Positions 62,591 to 64,000 of a DNA stretch of 64,000 nt are shown here, one piece after another (the first letter of the stretch is position 1; every line of letters starts with the position of its first letter). The stretch is from positions 143,065 through 207,064 of the forward strand of contig CANIGJ010000003.1 of the NCBI GenBank assembly GCA_947467145.1, in the 5' to 3' direction. The notes under the pieces were generated by a model that was not told the origin of the DNA, did not search any database, and worked only from the letters and a program-made list of their open reading frames with translations. This DNA is from Rhodospirillaceae bacterium. GTDB taxonomy: Bacteria; Pseudomonadota; Alphaproteobacteria; Rhodospirillales; UBA2165. Both the position numbers and the translations under genes were made by a program.

Positions 62591-62926
62591 CTAACGCGGC
62601 AGCTTATCGATCTTGGCGGCGAGGATGAAATCATTCTCGTGCAGACCGTGGATCTTGTGGGTGTAGGTTCGGACCGTGCAATGGCCCCAGCCGAATTCGA
62701 TCTCCGGATGATGGCCCTCAGCCTCGGCGACCGCGCCGACCTTGTCGACGAAGGCCAACGCCTCCTTAAAATCAGGAAAGGTGAAGCTACGGCGGATGTC
62801 GTGGGCATCGGGCGATAAGGTCCAGGCCGGGACCTGTTCCATCAGTTTCTTGGCCTCGGTATCGGTCAGCGGCGGAATGCCGCCACGGCACGGAACGCAG
62901 GTTTTGGCGGTCAGATCGTCGGCCAT
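62591..62926 (-). CDS. phhB: 4a-hydroxytetrahydrobiopterin dehydratase (PCD/DCoH)
   Basis: 111 aa. F.F.DF..A..F...VA..AE...HHPEI...W..V...+.TH...GL...DF..A..ID is the PCD pattern. Confidence 0.85.
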   Translation of the reverse strand: MADDLTAKTCVPCRGGIPPLTDTEAKKLMEQVPAWTLSPDAHDIRRSFTFPDFKEALAFVDKVGAVAEAEGHHPEIEFGWGHCTVRTYTHKIHGLHENDFILAAKIDKLPR

Positions 62927-63021
62927 GGTTGCTCCTTACGCGGGCAATGTCTTGAGCTTCGTATTCGATCATATAAGTTTGGTCCAGAAAACACCGCCGC
63001 ATCCGATCGGAGCTACCTGCC

Positions 63022-64000
63022 ATGAGCGAAGCCTATATTTGCGATGCCGTCCGTACGCCGATCGGCCGCTATGCCGGCGCGCTGTCCAAGCTGCGGCCCG
63101 ACGATCTGGCCACCGTGCCGCTGAAGGCGCTGATGGCGCGTAACCCGGGCGTCGACTGGGGCCAGATCGACGACGTGATCATGGGCTGCGTCAATCAGGC
63201 GGGCGAGGACAACCGTAACGTCGCGCGCATGGCGCTGCTGCTGGCCGGCCTGCCCGACCGCGTACCCGGGGTCACCGTGAATCGCTTGTGCTCCTCCGGC
63301 TTGCAGGCCGTCGGTATGGCCGCGCACGCCATCAAGGCGGGCGAAGCCGATCTGATGATCGCCGGCGGTGTGGAAAGCATGTCGCGCGCCCCTTTCGTGA
63401 TGCCGAAGTCGGACAGCGCTTTCGGCCGCGATATGCAGGTTTATGACACCACCATCGGCTGGCGCTTCATCAATCCCAAGATGGAACAGATGTACGGCGT
63501 CGACGCCATGGGCGAGACGGCGGAGAACGTCGCGCAGGATTACCAGATCAGCCGCGCCGATCAGGACGCCTTTGCGGTGCGCAGTCAGGACAAGGCGTTG
63601 GCGGCGCAAGCCAACGGCATGCTCGCGCGCGAGATCGTTCCCGTCATGGTGCCGGGCCGTAAGGGCGAGGAAACCAGCGTGGCCGTGGACGAACATCCGC
63701 GCGCCGGCACGACGATCGAGACCTTGGCCAAATTGAAGCCCGCCTTTCGCAAGGACGGCACGGTGACGGCCGGCAATTCGTCGGGCGTCAATGACGGCGC
63801 CTGCGCCATGATCGTCGCCTCCGAGGCTGCCGTGAAGGCGCATGGCCTGACGCCGCGCGCGCGTGTGCTTGGCATTGCGGCGGCCGGTGTGGCGCCCCGC
63901 GTCATGGGCATCGGCCCCGTTCCCGCAACGCAAAAACTTTTGGCGCGGCTCAAGCTGACCATGAAGGACATCGACCTGATCGAACTGAACGAGGCCTTTG
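63022..64000 (+). CDS. Acetyl-CoA C-acyltransferase / 3-oxoadipyl-CoA thiolase-type (3' end runs off the window)
   Basis: The frame is open to the window edge, so it is not in the ORF track. MSEAYICDAVRTPIGRYAGALS..., the active-site motif NRLCSSGLQAV, and GNSSGVNDGA. It is PcaF/PaaJ-like. Confidence 0.85.
   Translation, partial: MSEAYICDAVRTPIGRYAGALSKLRPDDLATVPLKALMARNPGVDWGQIDDVIMGCVNQAGEDNRNVARMALLLAGLPDRVPGVTVNRLCSSGLQAVGMAAHAIKAGEADLMIAGGVESMSRAPFVMPKSDSAFGRDMQVYDTTIGWRFINPKMEQMYGVDAMGETAENVAQDYQISRADQDAFAVRSQDKALAAQANGMLAREIVPVMVPGRKGEETSVAVDEHPRAGTTIETLAKLKPAFRKDGTVTAGNSSGVNDGACAMIVASEAAVKAHGLTPRARVLGIAAAGVAPRVMGIGPVPATQKLLARLKLTMKDIDLIELNEAF

Overview
This is a 64 kb stretch of high-GC chromosome (about 63-65% by eye). 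All calls rest on my own reading of the translations and motifs; no homology or HMM searches were run. The gene content and order point to an alphaproteobacterium: ffs-dnaX-ybaB-recR, def-fmt-truA, an NDUFA9-like SDR, a HisN-type phosphatase and a membrane-anchored cytochrome c. I support about 70 protein genes, one tRNA-Leu(CAG) and one SRP (4.5S) RNA. I found no rRNA, CRISPR array, transposase, integrase or prophage genes. Housekeeping blocks alternate with accessory modules:

- **Aromatic-type catabolic cluster (7.9-14.9 kb):** a class II aldolase, Rieske dioxygenase alpha and beta subunits, a flavoprotein, an internally duplicated VOC protein and an FAH hydrolase. It is interrupted by a lower-GC insert that encodes a small HExxH lipoprotein.
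- **Bufferin-type locus (14.9-18.5 kb), the most notable system in the window:** a divergent sigF-nrsF pair faces a DUF2282 precursor, a DUF692 (MNIO) enzyme, a DUF2063 protein and a DoxX protein. This is the architecture of the recently described bufferin RiPP metallophores.
- **GntR-type regulator locus:** the regulator is followed by a perfect 16-bp palindrome, a Rieske oxygenase and an orphan family-5 solute-binding protein. Next come a frameshifted orphan nrsF paralog and a LigB-type dioxygenase.
- **Uncharacterised six-gene cluster (26.3-32.1 kb):** two paralogous, apparently degenerate cNMP-binding-domain proteins sit with four enzyme-like genes.
- **Frame-interrupted protease gene:** a Sel1-repeat lipoprotein fused to a trypsin-like protease.
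- **Metal efflux pair:** a divergent MerR regulator and a short CDF transporter with a textbook 19-bp-spacer promoter.
- **Transport operons:** emrRAB-like and yejABEF-like.
- **Single-gene insert:** a lower-GC CoiA-like nuclease gene.

Many long ORFs in the supplied track are antisense or off-frame shadows typical of GC-rich DNA and were rejected.
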